Source: Naegleria gruberi
Taxonomy: Eukaryota
Length of the DNA: 64,000 nt
Assembly (NCBI GenBank): GCA_000004985.1
Contig: GG738885.1
Strand: one strand, 5' to 3'
In this document: piece after piece, positions 43,398 through 57,639 of the stretch
How the letters are laid out: the number at the start of each line of letters is the position of its first letter
How positions within the stretch are numbered: the first letter of the stretch is position 1
The notes under the pieces: model-generated
What the model was told of the DNA's origin: nothing
What the model saw: only the letters and a program-made list of their open reading frames with translations
The model's database searches: none
Translations under genes and position numbers: made by a program

Positions 43398-43487
43398 GTA
43401 TGTTGTTTTTCAATAGCTATTGTACTAATTTCTTTTGAAGATTTCAATCTGAAATTGCTTTAGACAATATCATACTGTAGGTTTTGT

Positions 43488-46400
43488 ATGGTAAAATGTT
43501 GGCGCCAAAATTTTGCAGACTTGGTAAAACTAAACTACAAAAAAATGTTCCAACAACCAAATCACCTACAAGAGGATAATAGACATTTGTTGGCGGACCA
43601 ACAGAGTATTACTTGGATGAAAGGAGTCATTCAAGACAAATTAACAAAACACAAAGACACATCAGTACAATGGCCACCCGAAGCACAAAGGGTTGTTGCA
43701 GAATTTCTGATTCATGATGAAAATCTCTTGTTGTTCGCTTTCATTAATAATAATCAATACATAGTATCTGGCACTTATGAGCTTGCTAAGAAGAATGTTT
43801 GGGATCGTTTGCTCTTTATACTTAAGGATAAGCCTAGTGAAGAAGTGATATCATTGGATAATATTTCGACAATCATGTCATATGGTATCCTCACTCACGA
43901 ATTACTCGGAGATTTCTTAAACTTGATGAAAAATTACTTTACACCAGATCTTATGGAAGCAAAATCTAATTGGCCAGAAAGTAGGTTCTTTTAATAATAA
44001 TTAACTAACATTTCTTAAGGTCTTCAAAAGGATTTCCTATCTCAACTTCACAAATTTATGGCATATTTAACAGAAACATATTATAGATCAAAAGGATCAA
44101 CAGTACTTTACGTACCAAATGAGGATATTGATTTAGAAAATGCTAAAAACCAAAAGGATTTAATTCAAAGATTAGAAATCGCTTTGATGCACTGGACTTC
44201 CCAAATTAGAGAAGTTGTTAGCGAAAAGGATTCATATGGAGAACATGGTGATAATGCTAGACCATTGTCGGAAATTGAATATTGGAGATCCAGAGCAGAT
44301 GACCTTATTAACATTAAAAAGCAAATCCAAAGAGAAGATGTACAGAAGATAGTTACAGTTCTATCTAATTCGATATATTTAAGTACTTTTGAGAAATTAT
44401 CGACTGATATTCAAAAAGGTTCAGATGAAGCCTTGGATAATCTTAAATACTTGAAAACTTTGCAAGAACCTTGCGAAAAACTTGCGCAAGCAAGTCCACA
44501 AATGATTTCAGACATTTTACCAGAAATATTATTCATGGTTCAATTAATTAATTCTAATTCTAACAGCTATAATACATCTGAAAGAATATCTGGATTGCTT
44601 AAAAAGATCAGTAATGAAATTATTCACATTTGTACAGCCAAGATTTCTTTGACAGATATTTTCAATGGAAATGTTGAGCAATGCATGGAAATTTTAAACC
44701 AAAGTATCAAGGCTGGTGACTACTGGAAAAATTTATCATTAGAAGAGAACGAAAGTGATGCATTTAATTATGATAAGAGTAGTGTTTTCTCTGAAATTGA
44801 TGCTTTTGTAGTAAGATGTGGAGAATTACTTGAGGTTTGTGAAGCCCAGTTACAATTTGGAAGTTTCACAGCATCAATAGATAATACAAAGAATGGTTTA
44901 CCAAAGTTTGGAGGTACTAAAGGACCTGAGGTGACAAAGAGTTTTGTTGATATCAGAATATCTTTCCAAAAATTAATTAACGACTTGAGTAATCTCAAAT
45001 ATCCAATTTTGGATGTTAAATCAACTAATTGGAATGATGACTACAAGAAATTCAAGAATGGAATTAAGGATTTGGAGACTATGATGCAAACGGTTATTAC
45101 TAACGCTTTTGAAACTGTAACTGACTTGCAAAATGGTATTGAATTGTTGGAAGCTTTTTCTTATTTAGCAAAACGAGAATCAATTAAGAGAAGTATTGAA
45201 ACCAAGACTCAATTCATATGTTTGAAATTTATCAAAGAGCTGGAGGATGTTCAAAAATCTTTTGAATTACATAGAAAAAACCCTCCTGTTCCATTTATTT
45301 ATCCAACCTATTCTGGTTCGGCTTTATGGGCTAAAAGACTTCAAGACAGAATTAAAAGAGATAAGGATTACTTGAATAAGGCTCACTTTTTACCAAGAAC
45401 AAAGGAACATCAGGAAGTTGAAAAGAAATATCAACAAGTATATTCAAATTTAGAGAAACATGTGTTGTCTATGTTTGAATCTTGGAACCACTCTTTTTCA
45501 GGGCCAGAGCTTCATTATAAGTTAGAAATTCCTTTGCTTGTTAAATTTGAAAAGATGTTGAAACTCAACTTTGACACAAGCTTGTTAAACATTTTTGAAG
45601 AAGTTAAATATTGGCAAAGATTTTCTAATTTTGATATTAATGAACAGGCTTTAGAAATGTATTGCTATGCCGAGCAAATGCGTTTGTACAGAGAAAATGT
45701 TGCATTAGTCGCTAGGGATTATAATAGTATTATTACCAGTTTATCCGAGCAAGAATCTAGGTTGTTTGTCAAATATATCAAAGAAATTGATAAGCAAATT
45801 CTTCCAGGGTTACATACTCTGGGTTGGACATTGAAAATGCATAACGAGCATTATCTTACTGAATCAAGGAAGAAGTGCAAAGATGTTAAGGAAATTATTT
45901 GCGATTTTAAGCACAATGTTACACAAATTTTTTTGAATTGTAAGAAAATGGCAGATACATTACTGATTAAAATTGAAAATAAGAAAGTATATGATGGTGA
46001 AACAAATGAGTTTGAAAGAGAACAAGAATCATACAGAAAGCTGGTAAAGGATGAACTTGTTAAGTGTCATGAAAATATTGTAAATATGATGGTTAAGCTT
46101 TATGGATATTTTGCAAATGGAGGTCCAGAGATATTCGAGGAATGGTGGGCCTTTGTTGACAATGTTGAACTTAAGATTGATCAGTCCTTGAGAATGACAG
46201 TCAAAAAATCCCTCCAAAAGCTTCTTAACTCTATTAATGGAGTTGATTCTGAAAAAAATAATGAAGGAGGTGGAATCAATAGAAATCCATTGTTCCTTGT
46301 TAGAGTTGATTTGAAAGAAGAAAATGAAGATGAAATCAATCCTGGTTTAAATCCAAATATCAAGGAAATGATGACAATGGTAACAAACGTAAACGGTGAA

Positions 46401-49400
46401 ACAACCAAGATTGTTACTGTCGTGCCTCGTTTGAAGAGGGTTCTTAAGGAGAAAATCCTAGTACATATAAGAGAGGACAAACCAGAGATAGAAGAGGATA
46501 AAATTGATCCTAACTTGTTTATTCCTGAGGAAGGATCTACAAATTACTATGAAAAGAATATTGAACTTGATCCTGATATTATCAAATCAATTGTTTCTAT
46601 TATGGAAGGAATGGATGCTATCACCACAAGAGTTTCAGAAAATCTTAATGAATGGAAAGAATCATTCAAATCTATTTGGAGTGTGGATAAGGACAATTTT
46701 ATCAGAAGATTTGGTATTCCTCATAACCGTAATGCAGGCTCTTTCGAGAAAGAAATCAACAAATATAGAGATGCTCACCAAGAAATTCAAAATAAGGATC
46801 CAACAATGTACATTGGTTATTTGCAACTTGATTTTGCTCCACTTAAACAAACACTTTTCATGGAATGTAATCAATGGCAATCTAAACTTCTTGATCTCTT
46901 GCATAGTAACACCAAGAAAGAGCTTGATAAGAATTATGAACTTTTCGAAAAGAATGGAAAGGGATTACGAGAGGAACCAAGAAATCTTGAAGCTTTGGAA
47001 AAGAAAATCGAACTTGTTGCAAGAATGGACGCTGATTATCCAAAGAAGAAGGCTGGTTTCACTCCTCTATATGAGCAATATGAGTTGTTGAGAAATTACG
47101 ATGTCAAAATTGATGACCGTGAACAAGACAATCTCGATAATTTGGCTGATAACAGCGCCAAGTTTGAAGAACTAATTGAAAAGGCAAGAGGTGAATTAGA
47201 AAATCAAAAAGAAACTTTCCGTATGAAGTTGAGGGCAAATATCGACATTTTTGCAAATTCACTTATTCAACTCAAAGGAGAGTTCGAAAATACAGCACCT
47301 TTCTCTTCTCAATACAGCTTTAAAGAAGCAAAAGCAGTTCTTGATTCTTTCCGTGATAAAGTTGAAGCTAAGAAGAAAGAAGAAGAAAAGCTTAAGAATG
47401 GTTTGAAGATATTCAACATGCAACCACAACAATACAAAGAAATCAAAGATGTTGCTAAGAGCATTGAATCACTTGAAAAAGTTTGGGTGCTCAAGAGTGA
47501 ATGGGACAAAACTTATGATGAATGGAAGTATACGCTCTTTGGAAAGCTAAACATTGAGGAAATGGAAGGAACTTCCACAAGAATATCATCAAAGCTCACA
47601 GCAATGGGAAGAGAGGTCAGAGATTGGGGAGTTTTCAATGGGTTAATTGACAAACTTAATCTTGTAGCTAAAGTTTTGCCATTAATTCAACAGCTTAAGA
47701 ATCAAGCCATGAGAAAGAGACACTGGTCTGAACTCAAGGATATTATAAAACAAGACTTTGAGGAGAATTCTAAAGAGTTTAACTTGGAAAAGATTTTCAA
47801 GCTCAACTTGGAAAATTATGTAGATGATATTACAAACATTTCTAATAGAGCAAGTCAAGAATTAATTTTAGAAAAAGAAATTAAGAAGATTAGTGATATT
47901 TGGTCTAATACTTTCTTAGACATTGTCCCATATAAGGATAATTATTTCAAATTACAATCCACAGAACCTATTTACATTAATTTGGATGATAATGTTGCTT
48001 CACTTGGTGGTATGAAGTTAAATCCATTTATAACATCATTCCAAAGTGATGTCAAGTTCTGGGAAGAAACTTTGGCAAAAATTAACGAAGTTATCGATTT
48101 GCTATTGCTTGTTCAAAGACAGTGGATCTATTTACTTAACATTTTTGATGTTGAAGATATTCAAAAACAATTACATAATGAATTTGGTGTATTTAAATCC
48201 GTAAACTCTAGTTGGAAGAATTTAATGAAATCTTTGAGTGATAATAGAGGAATACTCGCTATTGCTAAGAGAGATAACATTAATATCTTACTTTCTGAAA
48301 TGAATTCCAAACTTGAGTTAATCCAAAAGCAGTTAGATGGCTATCTAGAATTGAAGAGACAAGAATTCCCAAGATTCTATTTCTTGTCTGATGATGATTT
48401 GCTTCAAATTTTGGGTCAAAGCAAAGATCCTAATGCCATGCAACGTCACTTATCTAACTTATTTGAAGGAATTAAGATGTTGAAGATTGAAAAGTCCAGT
48501 GATTCTCGTCAATTTGGATTCTTTGCCAAGAGTTTTATTAGTAAAGAGGGAGAACAAATGGAATTCAATCACCCAGTCCCACTTGAAGGAAATGTTGAAA
48601 AATGGCTTTCACAAGTTGAATTATCTATGAAAGCATCTATTAAGAGAGGTATTTTGAAATGTTTTTCAGCTCTTAAGAATTACTCACAAGAGTCCTCAAG
48701 AGAGTCTTGGATCAAGGAATGGCCTGGTCAATTAGTGCTTTTGTCTTCCCAATTATATTGGACTAAGAAGATTGTTAACGTCCTTTCAAAGCAAAAAGAA
48801 CCATCAAAGATTTTGAAGGAACTCAAACTTAGACTGAAACCAGAATGGATGGACTATCTTACAAGTTATAGTTCTATGGGTAAGGATATGAAGTCACTTG
48901 ACAGACTCAAAGTTATTGCTCTTATTACTCTCGAAGTTCATGCAAGAGATGTTATTGATAGATTGATCAAATGTAAGGTAACATCTTGTGATGACTTTGA
49001 ATGGCAAAAACAAATGAGACTTGAGTGGGATGAAGAAAAGGATGGATGCATTGTCAAGCAAGGAACTAATGAAATTGATTATGGTTATGAGTACATTGGT
49101 AACTGTAGTAGACTTGTTGTTACACCATTAACAGAAAAATGTTTCCTGGCTCTTACAACAGCTTTACAACTGAAGAAAGGTGGTTGCACACAAGGTCCAG
49201 CAGGTACTGGTAAAAGTGAAACTGTCAAAGACCTTGCCAAGGCTGTAGGTAAACATACCTTAATCCTCAACTGCTCTGACAGATTTGATTATCAATCAAT
49301 TGCAAAAACATTCTCAGGTATTGTTCAAACAGGTTCTTGGTCATGTTTTGATGAATTTAACAGACTTGAACTCGATGTTCTTTCAATTGTTGCACAACAA

Positions 49401-52400
49401 ATTCTTCAAATTTTGAACGCTGTTTCAATTGGTGTTGAGAGCTTCATTTTTGAAGGGAATGATATCAAGATCAATCCTACCTGTGGTATTTTCGTTACCA
49501 TGAATCCTAACTATGTCGGAAGAACAGATTTACCAGATAATTTGAAGGTTCTTCTCAGACCAGTTGCAATGATGGTTCCAGATTCTTCTTTGATTTGTGA
49601 AATCAAACTTTACTCACAAGGATTTAAGGATACTCAAACATTATCAAAGAAAATTACAACTATTTATGGTCTTCTTAATGACCAACTCTCCAAACAACCT
49701 CACTATGATTTTGGTCTTAGAAACATATGTTCTTTATTAAGTACTGCCGGTGAATATAGAAAGAATCAATTAACAGAGGATGAAGATTTAATTATTATGA
49801 TGGCTTGTAGAAGTATGAATCTTCCAAAATTGAAACCAGAAGACATTCCAATCTTCAACTCCATCATGAGAGATATGTTCCCTAACAAAGAGTTTATTGA
49901 CAATGTTAATCAAGCATTATCAGATGCCATTACTCAGGTCTTAGTTGAGCAAAATTATCAAGTTTCAAATTATATCATTTCAAAATGTGTTCAACTTGAA
50001 GAAATTTTGGCTGAAAGACATGGTGTCATGTTGATTGGTGATACAATGTCTGGTAAATCAACTACTTGGAAGATTCTACAACACTCTATTAGTAAGGCTT
50101 TCAGAACTGATATCAAGGAATATGTTATCAATCCAAAATCTTTGAATCATGATGAACTTTATGGTAATTATGATAAGAGTAGAGATTGGAAAGATGGTGT
50201 ATTCTCATCTATCCTTAGAGAAGCTGTTAAAGACTCAAAAGAAAACAAACATCATTGGATTGTTTTTGATGGTCCAATAGATACACTTTGGGTTGAATCA
50301 ATGAATACTCTGTTGGATGATACCAAAATGTTAACTTTAATTAGTGGTGATAGAATTCCATTAACACCAAATATTAATCTCTTATTTGAAGTATCAGATG
50401 TGAAATCTGCTTCCCCTGGTACAATCAGTAGATGTGGTATGGTTTACTTTAACTCTAATGAGTTGGGATGGAAACCAATATTGAAGAGTTGGTTTAATCA
50501 AAGAAGGAAGTACGAAGAAAAGATTGGTTATCCTACACCTGATACTATCATTGAATTCTTGAGCCAACTTCTCTTGGAAAAGAACTATATCCAAAGAGTT
50601 CTTGATGAAAAGAATCAACAACACGAATTAGTTCATTTAGTTGATGCACATGCTGTAAAGTCTTTCTGTGCTATGTTTGATGCTTTGGCAACAGTTGAAA
50701 ATGGACTTGATCCTTCTGATTTGGAAGTTTACCAAGATTTAATTAAGAAGTATCTTGTTTTCTGTTTAATTTGGACTATTGGTGCATCTGTTGATGAAGA
50801 GGGAAGAAAGAAGATGGATATTTTATTCAGAGAATATGATCCTCAATTCCCAAGTTCTGATACTGTTTATGAGTACTATATTGATTCAAAGAGCAAATTG
50901 TGGAGACCTTGGAATGAAAGGGTTAACACATCTTGGAAGATGCAAAATGGCGCTCCATTCCACAAACAAATCGTACCAACAATTGATACAGTTAGATCTT
51001 CTTTCATTATCCAAGCTTTACTTAAATCTAATCAACAAGTTTTGCTTACTGGTAATTATGGTGTCGGTAAAACAGCAATCATTCACTCCACATTATCACA
51101 ATTTGATGAAAGACATTACACCACATGTGCTATGTCTTTATGTGCTAAGACTGAATCTGCTGCTGTGCAAAAGTTAGTTGAATCAAAGGTTGAAAAGTCA
51201 TTAGACACATACACACCATATGCAGGAAAACAAATGATTATATTTGCTGATGACTTTAATATGCCTGAAAAGGATGAATTTGGTTCTCAAGCACCTCTTG
51301 AATTGATTAGACAATACATTGACTATGGACTTTGGTATGATAGAAACAAATGTACAGTCAAAAAGTTAAAGAAAGTTCAATTACTTGCTGCTATGGGTCC
51401 AGAAGGACAAGTTTCTAACCGTTTAATTACTAGATTTAACGTTATTAACATTACCGCACCAACAGACGCTCAAATCAGTAGAATTTATGGTACTTTAATC
51501 AGTCAAAGATTGGAGAAATTAGAAGAAGCCAAATCCATTACTGAAGAATTAACAAGTGCAACATTAAGATTATTCAAATCTGTTGTTTCTTACCTTTTAC
51601 CAACACCAAAGAAGAGTCACTATACATTCAACTTGAAAGATTTATCAAGAGTTTTCCAAGGAATTGTTTTTGCTGACCATGAATCTCTTGACAGCAAGGA
51701 TCAAACCTTGAGATTATGGGTTCATGAATGTTATAGAGTATTCCACGACAGACTTTCGAATGAAGAAGATAGAAAGTGGTTTAGAGATAAGATTGGAGAA
51801 CATTTATCAGATGTTTTTGGATATAAGTGGAGACGTTTGTATAGTGCTGTTTATGATGAAGTCCAAAACACAGCCCCATCCCAATCACCTTCACCAGGTG
51901 CCGAAGCTCCGACTGTCTCAACCACTGATTTTATGGATTCAGATGGTATTTACAAACCAACTCTTTTTGGTGATTTAATAATGTTCCATGACAAGAGAAG
52001 TTATGTAGAAATGCCATCAGTTGAAATGGTAAGACAAGAATTAGATACCAGAATTAGAGAATATAATGATAAGTCTGGAAAACCTCCTCTTAAAATTGTT
52101 CTCTTCCATGAAGCTATTGAACACATTTGTAGAATTTATAGAATTCTCAAACAAAGTAGAGGTAATGCACTTTTAATTGGTGTAGGTGGAAGTGGTCGTC
52201 AAAGTCTCTCAAGATTGGTTACACACATGATTGGATACAAACTTGTTGAGTTCCAAATTTCTTCAACATTCTCTCTTAAAGAATTCCAAGAAACAATCAA
52301 GGAGATATATTGGGATGCTGGATTTAAGGGTAAAGAAATTGCTTTAATGTTTTCTGACTCTTCAGTTACTGAGGACATTATGTTTGAAAATGTTAACAGC

Positions 52401-55400
52401 TTATTAAGTACTGGAGAAATTCCAAATCTATTCAGTGGTGAAGAAATACAAACAATTTATGACACTTGTAAGAGAGAAGCTATCATTAGTGGTTGTAATG
52501 ATTTGGTGGAAGAAGTCTATCAATACTTTATTGAAAAAGTCAGAAACAATATTCATGTCATCACTTGTCTCAATCCTACTGGTAAATTATTCAAGATGAG
52601 AATGAGAATGTTCCCAGCAATTGCCAAATATTCAACCATTGATTGGTTTAATGAATGGCCAGAACCAGCTCTTAGAGAGGTTTCTGGATCTTTCTTGACT
52701 GATATCAGTAATGTAGAATACTTCCTCCAAAAGGATGAAGCATCTGAAAAATCCAGACCAACTTCTCCTTCTTCAAATAAGCCTCATGAACAACAAAAGG
52801 CATTTAGAGACACAATTTCTGATGTTTTTGTCAAAGTACATAAGCACGTCAAACAAATGTCTGAGAAGATGAAAGCAGAGACTCAAAGAGTCAATTTTAT
52901 TACTCCATCAAATTACTTGAACTTGGTTAAAGACTTTGTATTCTTGTTGGAAAAGAAGAAATCAGAGTTTACTAAGGCTGTTGAAGACAATGAATTGGGT
53001 GTTAGGACACTTGAAAACACCAATATTGCTATAAAGAAGATGACTGTCCAATTAGATAAACAACATAAAGAAGTTGATGAAAAGAAGAAGAAATGCGACA
53101 ACTTGATGGATCACATTGTAGGAAGACAAACTGAAAGTAACAATATTAGAGGTCAAATTAGTGTTGAAAAATCTCAAATTGAAAGTGAAAAAGAAAAGGC
53201 AAACAAGTTACAAGAACAAAGTAGAAAACAACTTAGTGAGGTTGAACCACTGCTTGAAGCAGCAGAAGAACAAATCAAGAATATTGATCCAAATGATATT
53301 TATGAAATCAAAAAGTATACCAACCCATCCCAAGAAGTTATCAATGTTTTCAACGTAATTTTGATTATCCTTAAGAAGGCAGAAACAAATTGGGAAGGTA
53401 TTAAGAATCAAATGTCAAATCCAATGAAATTCTTGAACTCATTGATTGAATATCCAAAATCAGAAATGACAGAAAGATTGGTGAACACTATTCATAATGC
53501 TATCGAAAGGTACGAGCTTAATAATTTGGAAAAGATTGAAGCTGCCTCTGGAGCTGTTATTGGACTTGCTAAATGGGCTATTGCTATTGAAAAGTATGGA
53601 AGAGTCTACCAAAGTGTGAAACCAAAGAGAGAAGCTCTTGAAAAGGCCGAAAGAGCAGCAACTGAATATCAAATTAAGCTTGAAAAGACAACTCTGTCTC
53701 TAAAAGAATTTGAAAAAGAATTGCAAGAGTTAGGTAAACAATATGAAGTTACAAATGCTGACAAGAAACTCATTGAAAAGCAACTCNNNNNNNNNNNNNN
53801 NNNNNNNNNNNNNNNNNNNNNNNNNNNNNNNNNNNNTGAGGATCCCCGTAAACATATGAAGTTACAAATGCTGACAAGAAACTCATTGAAAAGCAACTCT
53901 ATGAAACAGAAAGAAAGTTGACAAGAGCCAAAGAAATGACAAGCGCATTGGAAAGAGAGAAGGGAAGATGGCTCCTTACTATTCAACGTTATAAGAGTGC
54001 ACTCAAGAATCTTGTTGGTGATATTTTACTCACAGCTTCCTTCATCAGTTATGCTGGTCCATTTACTCCAACCTATAGAAAGGAACTCATCAACTTCTGG
54101 ATTAAGGAAATTTCAGATCATGGATTTGCTGTTAGTCCAGACTATAGCATTGACAAGGTGTTATCCAAAGCCACTACCATTAGGGATTGGACAGGAAATG
54201 GATTACCATTTGATAACTTCTCAGTTGAAAATGGTGTTTTGGTCATGAACGATAACAAGAAATGGCCATTGATGATTGACCCTCAAGGACAGGCAAAGAA
54301 TTGGATTAAGAAATTCTTTGGATATGATAAGAGTACATCATTGGAGAATGCAAAAATATATGTTACATCACTCAAAGATCCTAAACTTATGAAAGTTATG
54401 GAGCTAGCCATCAAGAATGGTGTCCCTGTACTTTTGGAAGATATTCTAGAATCTCTTGACCCATGTCTTACTCCTATTATTAAGAAATCAATTGAAACCA
54501 TATCTGGTAGAGATGTATTAAGACTAGGAGACAAAGTACTAGACTATAATCACAACTTTAAACTGTTTTTGACAACTAAATTGTCTAACCCAAGATACTC
54601 TCCAGAAGTTGTCTCAAATATTTCAATTATCAACTTTACTGTTACTGCCCAAGGATTAGAAGATCAATTATTGGCTATTTTGGTAAAGAAGGAAAAACCT
54701 GAACTAGAAGACCAAAAGACAAGTACTGCATTAGCTGTAGCAGCTGCCAACAAACAATTAGAAATCTTACAAGCAGATATTCTTCGTGCATTATTGAGTG
54801 ACCAAAGTGAGGAATTGTTAGAGAATGAAGTATTGATTACCAAACTCCAACAATCAAAGAAGACAAGTGAAGAAGTTACTGTTAAACTTGAATTATCTCA
54901 AGAAACAGAAAAGAAGATTGATAACGCAAGAAATCAATATAGAGAAGCTGCTAGAAGAGCATCTATTTTATACTTTGCTCTTTACGACATTGGTCAAATT
55001 GATGTTATGTATCAACATTCTTTAGATTCATATATTGAACTCTACAAGAAGAGTATTGATAACAGTCCAAAACCAAAGAGATCTGATCAACAAATTCAAC
55101 AAAGAATTGAAATGTTGAACGAATACCATACTTATGAGTTCTATAAGAAGGTATGTCAAGGATTGTTTGAAAAGCACAAACTTCTCTTCATTTTCCATCT
55201 CTGTGCCAAGATTCTTCAAAGTGATGGATTACTTAATTCTGAAGAATATGACTTTTTCTTGAAGGGAGCTCAATCTCTTGAAAAGGAGACATCAAATCCT
55301 CTAAAGAGTTGGTTACCTCAACAAGCATGGGAAGCAATATCAGATATGGATAGAATTGTACCATTCTTCCATGGCATTGCTAGATCATTTGAAGAAGATG

Positions 55401-57604
55401 GTGATGACTGGAGAGTGTGGTTCCTTTCAGATCAACCAGAAAATGATCATCTTCCTTCAGAATGGCAAACAAAGGTTGATGATTGGACAAAGATGTTAAT
55501 TGTTAGATGTGCTAGACCAGATAGATTAATTAATATGATCAAATCATTTATTGTTTCAAGAATGGGATCTGATAAGTATATCAAACCTCCACAACTTGAT
55601 ATTACATCTGTTTATGAGAATGATTCTGATTGCTTGACTCCAATTATTTTCACATTGGCCCAAAATGTAAATCCACAAGAGCAAATTATCAAGATTGCAA
55701 CAGAAAAGGGTATCAAGATCAATATTTTCTCACTCGGTAGAGGACAAGAGCATTGCATTGAAGATGCTTTGAATAAGGCTGCAAGAAATGGTGAGTGGGT
55801 ATTCCTTGCCAATTGTCATTTGATTGTAAATTGGCTTCCTAAGCTAGATGAAAAACTTGAAACACTTCTAAAGAGAGATGAGGATGGTACTAATTCTAAG
55901 ATTCATCCAAACTTTAGACTTTGGTTATCAAGCAAACCACATCCAAAATTCCCAATAAGCTTATTGCATAGATCAACAAAGGTAGCAGCAGAGTCACCAA
56001 CAGGTCTTGTTGCAAATATGACCAGATTATTCAAATCTATTTCTCCTCAACAATTCCAACTTGAGGGTTCAGCTAAACCAGTAGAGTATAGAAGATTATT
56101 ATTTGCGTTGGCCTATTTCCACAGTGTTGTAGTTGAAAGAGGTAAATTTGGAAGTATGGGATGGTCATCAAACTATGACTTTAATGATTCTGATTTTGAA
56201 TCAGCTTTGAGAGTGATGAATAACTTACTTCATAAGCATCCAAGAATTCATTTCGATGCCCTTAGATATATGATTGTTAACATTTGTTATGGAGGTAGAG
56301 TAACTGATGAAGTGGACAAGAAGATTTTAGATACTTACTCTAGACAATTCTTCAATGATTTGTTGCTTGATATGAATGATTTCCCATTATCTTTGAATGA
56401 TGAAAGATATTTTGTTCCTGGAAAGAATGTACTTTCAAAGTTTGTTGTAAACTCTAGTAATATTCCAAACACAACAACTGATCCAACTCTTGATCATGCT
56501 GTGTTCATGAAGTTTATTAGGGAAGGAATGCCCCAAAATGATACACCAGGTGCATTTGGTCAAACTGCTAATGCTTTTGTCACAAGCCAAATTGAAATTG
56601 CCAATAATTTGTTGAATGGTTTATTGAAGATTACACCACAAACAGTTCAAGTTGGATCAAACAATATTTATCTCAAGATACAACAAGATATTCAGAATCT
56701 TGTTTCAATCTTGAAGGAAATCCCTGAAGAAATTAATTCTTCCAAGATTCCAGAGTTTGATTATCATCATCCTCTTTTAGTTGTACTTGCTCAAGAGTGT
56801 GAAAGATACAATGCTTTGATTCAATTGGTTAGAAAGACTGTTGAACAATTGCTTAAAGCTGCTAGAGGCTTTAGTGCCATGGATTTAGTATTGGAGGATT
56901 TATTCCATGATATCAAGTCGAATAAGGTCCCAGCCAAGTGGCTCACTGCTTATCCATCAACAAAATCACTTTCTTCTTGGATTGTTGATTTGAATAAGAG
57001 GGTTACTTTCTTCAGAGAATGGGCCACAACAAATGTTGAACCAGCTGTTTTTTGGTTGTCTGCCTTTACCCATCCTCAAGGTTTCTTGACTGCAGTCAAA
57101 CAAATTTCTGCCAGAAGATTCAACGATGTTGATAAATCAGTTGAGAAATTAGATTTTGAATTCCAATTTACTGGCAAAGATGTCTCACAAATCTCAGAAG
57201 GTGCCAAAGAAGGTGTTTATATTTACGGCCTTATTTTAGAAGGAGCTGGATGGGAAGCCTCATCTCAAAGTTTGACAGAACCTCGACCTTTACAATTGAG
57301 AATTGATTTACCTGTTGTACATATTAGACCAGTTCCACAAGAAGAGTTGAAGAAGTACTCTAATTCTAATAATTACTTCAAAGCTCCTGTTTACATGTCA
57401 CCAATGAGATCTGGAATAAGTACTATGGTCTGCTATTTCGATTTGAAGATTAAGCAACAATCAATTCCAACAACCTCAGCAATGTTCATTAATGCTCAAC
57501 TCCCAGATGATAAGCAAATTGATAGATCCAATCCATTAGGAGGAGTAATTACATATTCTGATCATTTTGTGAAGAGAGGTACAGCCTTGTTATTACAAGA
57601 TTAA
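43488..57604 (+). CDS. Axonemal-type dynein heavy chain, about 4470 aa. Probable 5' exon 43488..43980 is joined by a 39-nt intron (43981..44019) to the main ORF from 44020. The gene is interrupted by a 50-N assembly gap at 53787..53836, and the flanking sequence is duplicated, so track ORFs 44058..53921 and 53918..57604 are one gene.
   Basis: The AAA1 P-loop region GPAGTGKSETVKDLAKAVGKHTLILNCSDRFDYQSIAKTFSGIVQTGSWSCFDEFNRLELDVLSIVAQQIL matches axonemal DHCs (GPAGTGKTETTKDLAKAL..NCSD.LDY...GK.F.G....GAW.CFDEFNRI...VLSV.AQQ). It does not match cytoplasmic dynein-1/2 (TESVKALG...FNCDE). Further P-loops are GDTMSGKST (AAA2), GNYGVGKT (AAA3) and GVGGSGRQS (AAA4). Coiled-coil stalk and C-terminal domains are present. 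A GTAGGT/TTAAG intron keeps frame from ORF 43488. Confidence 0.85.
53787..53836. other. Assembly gap (50 Ns) with unmerged overlapping contig ends.
   Basis: About 50 bp before the gap (gtaaacaatatgaagttacaaatgctgacaagaaactcattgaaaagcaactc) is repeated after it with a 1-nt deletion. The repeat after the gap is preceded by tgaggatccccg, a likely low-quality or vector-like read end containing a BamHI site. Confidence 0.8.
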
Positions 57605-57639
57605 AAATATTTATTTACAAATAAATAATAAGTTTACAA

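Noticed and set aside
53787-53836. The run of N as a biological feature (e.g. repeat or centromere).
   Set aside because: Exact duplication of flanking coding sequence and a vector-like linker show it is an unclosed assembly join.
44058-57604. Assigning the window to Dictyostelium on AT-richness and poly-N/Q tracts.
   Set aside because: The dynein is axonemal-type and a true [FeFe]-hydrogenase is present. Neither fits Dictyostelium, and the intergenic AT content is lower than in dictyostelids.
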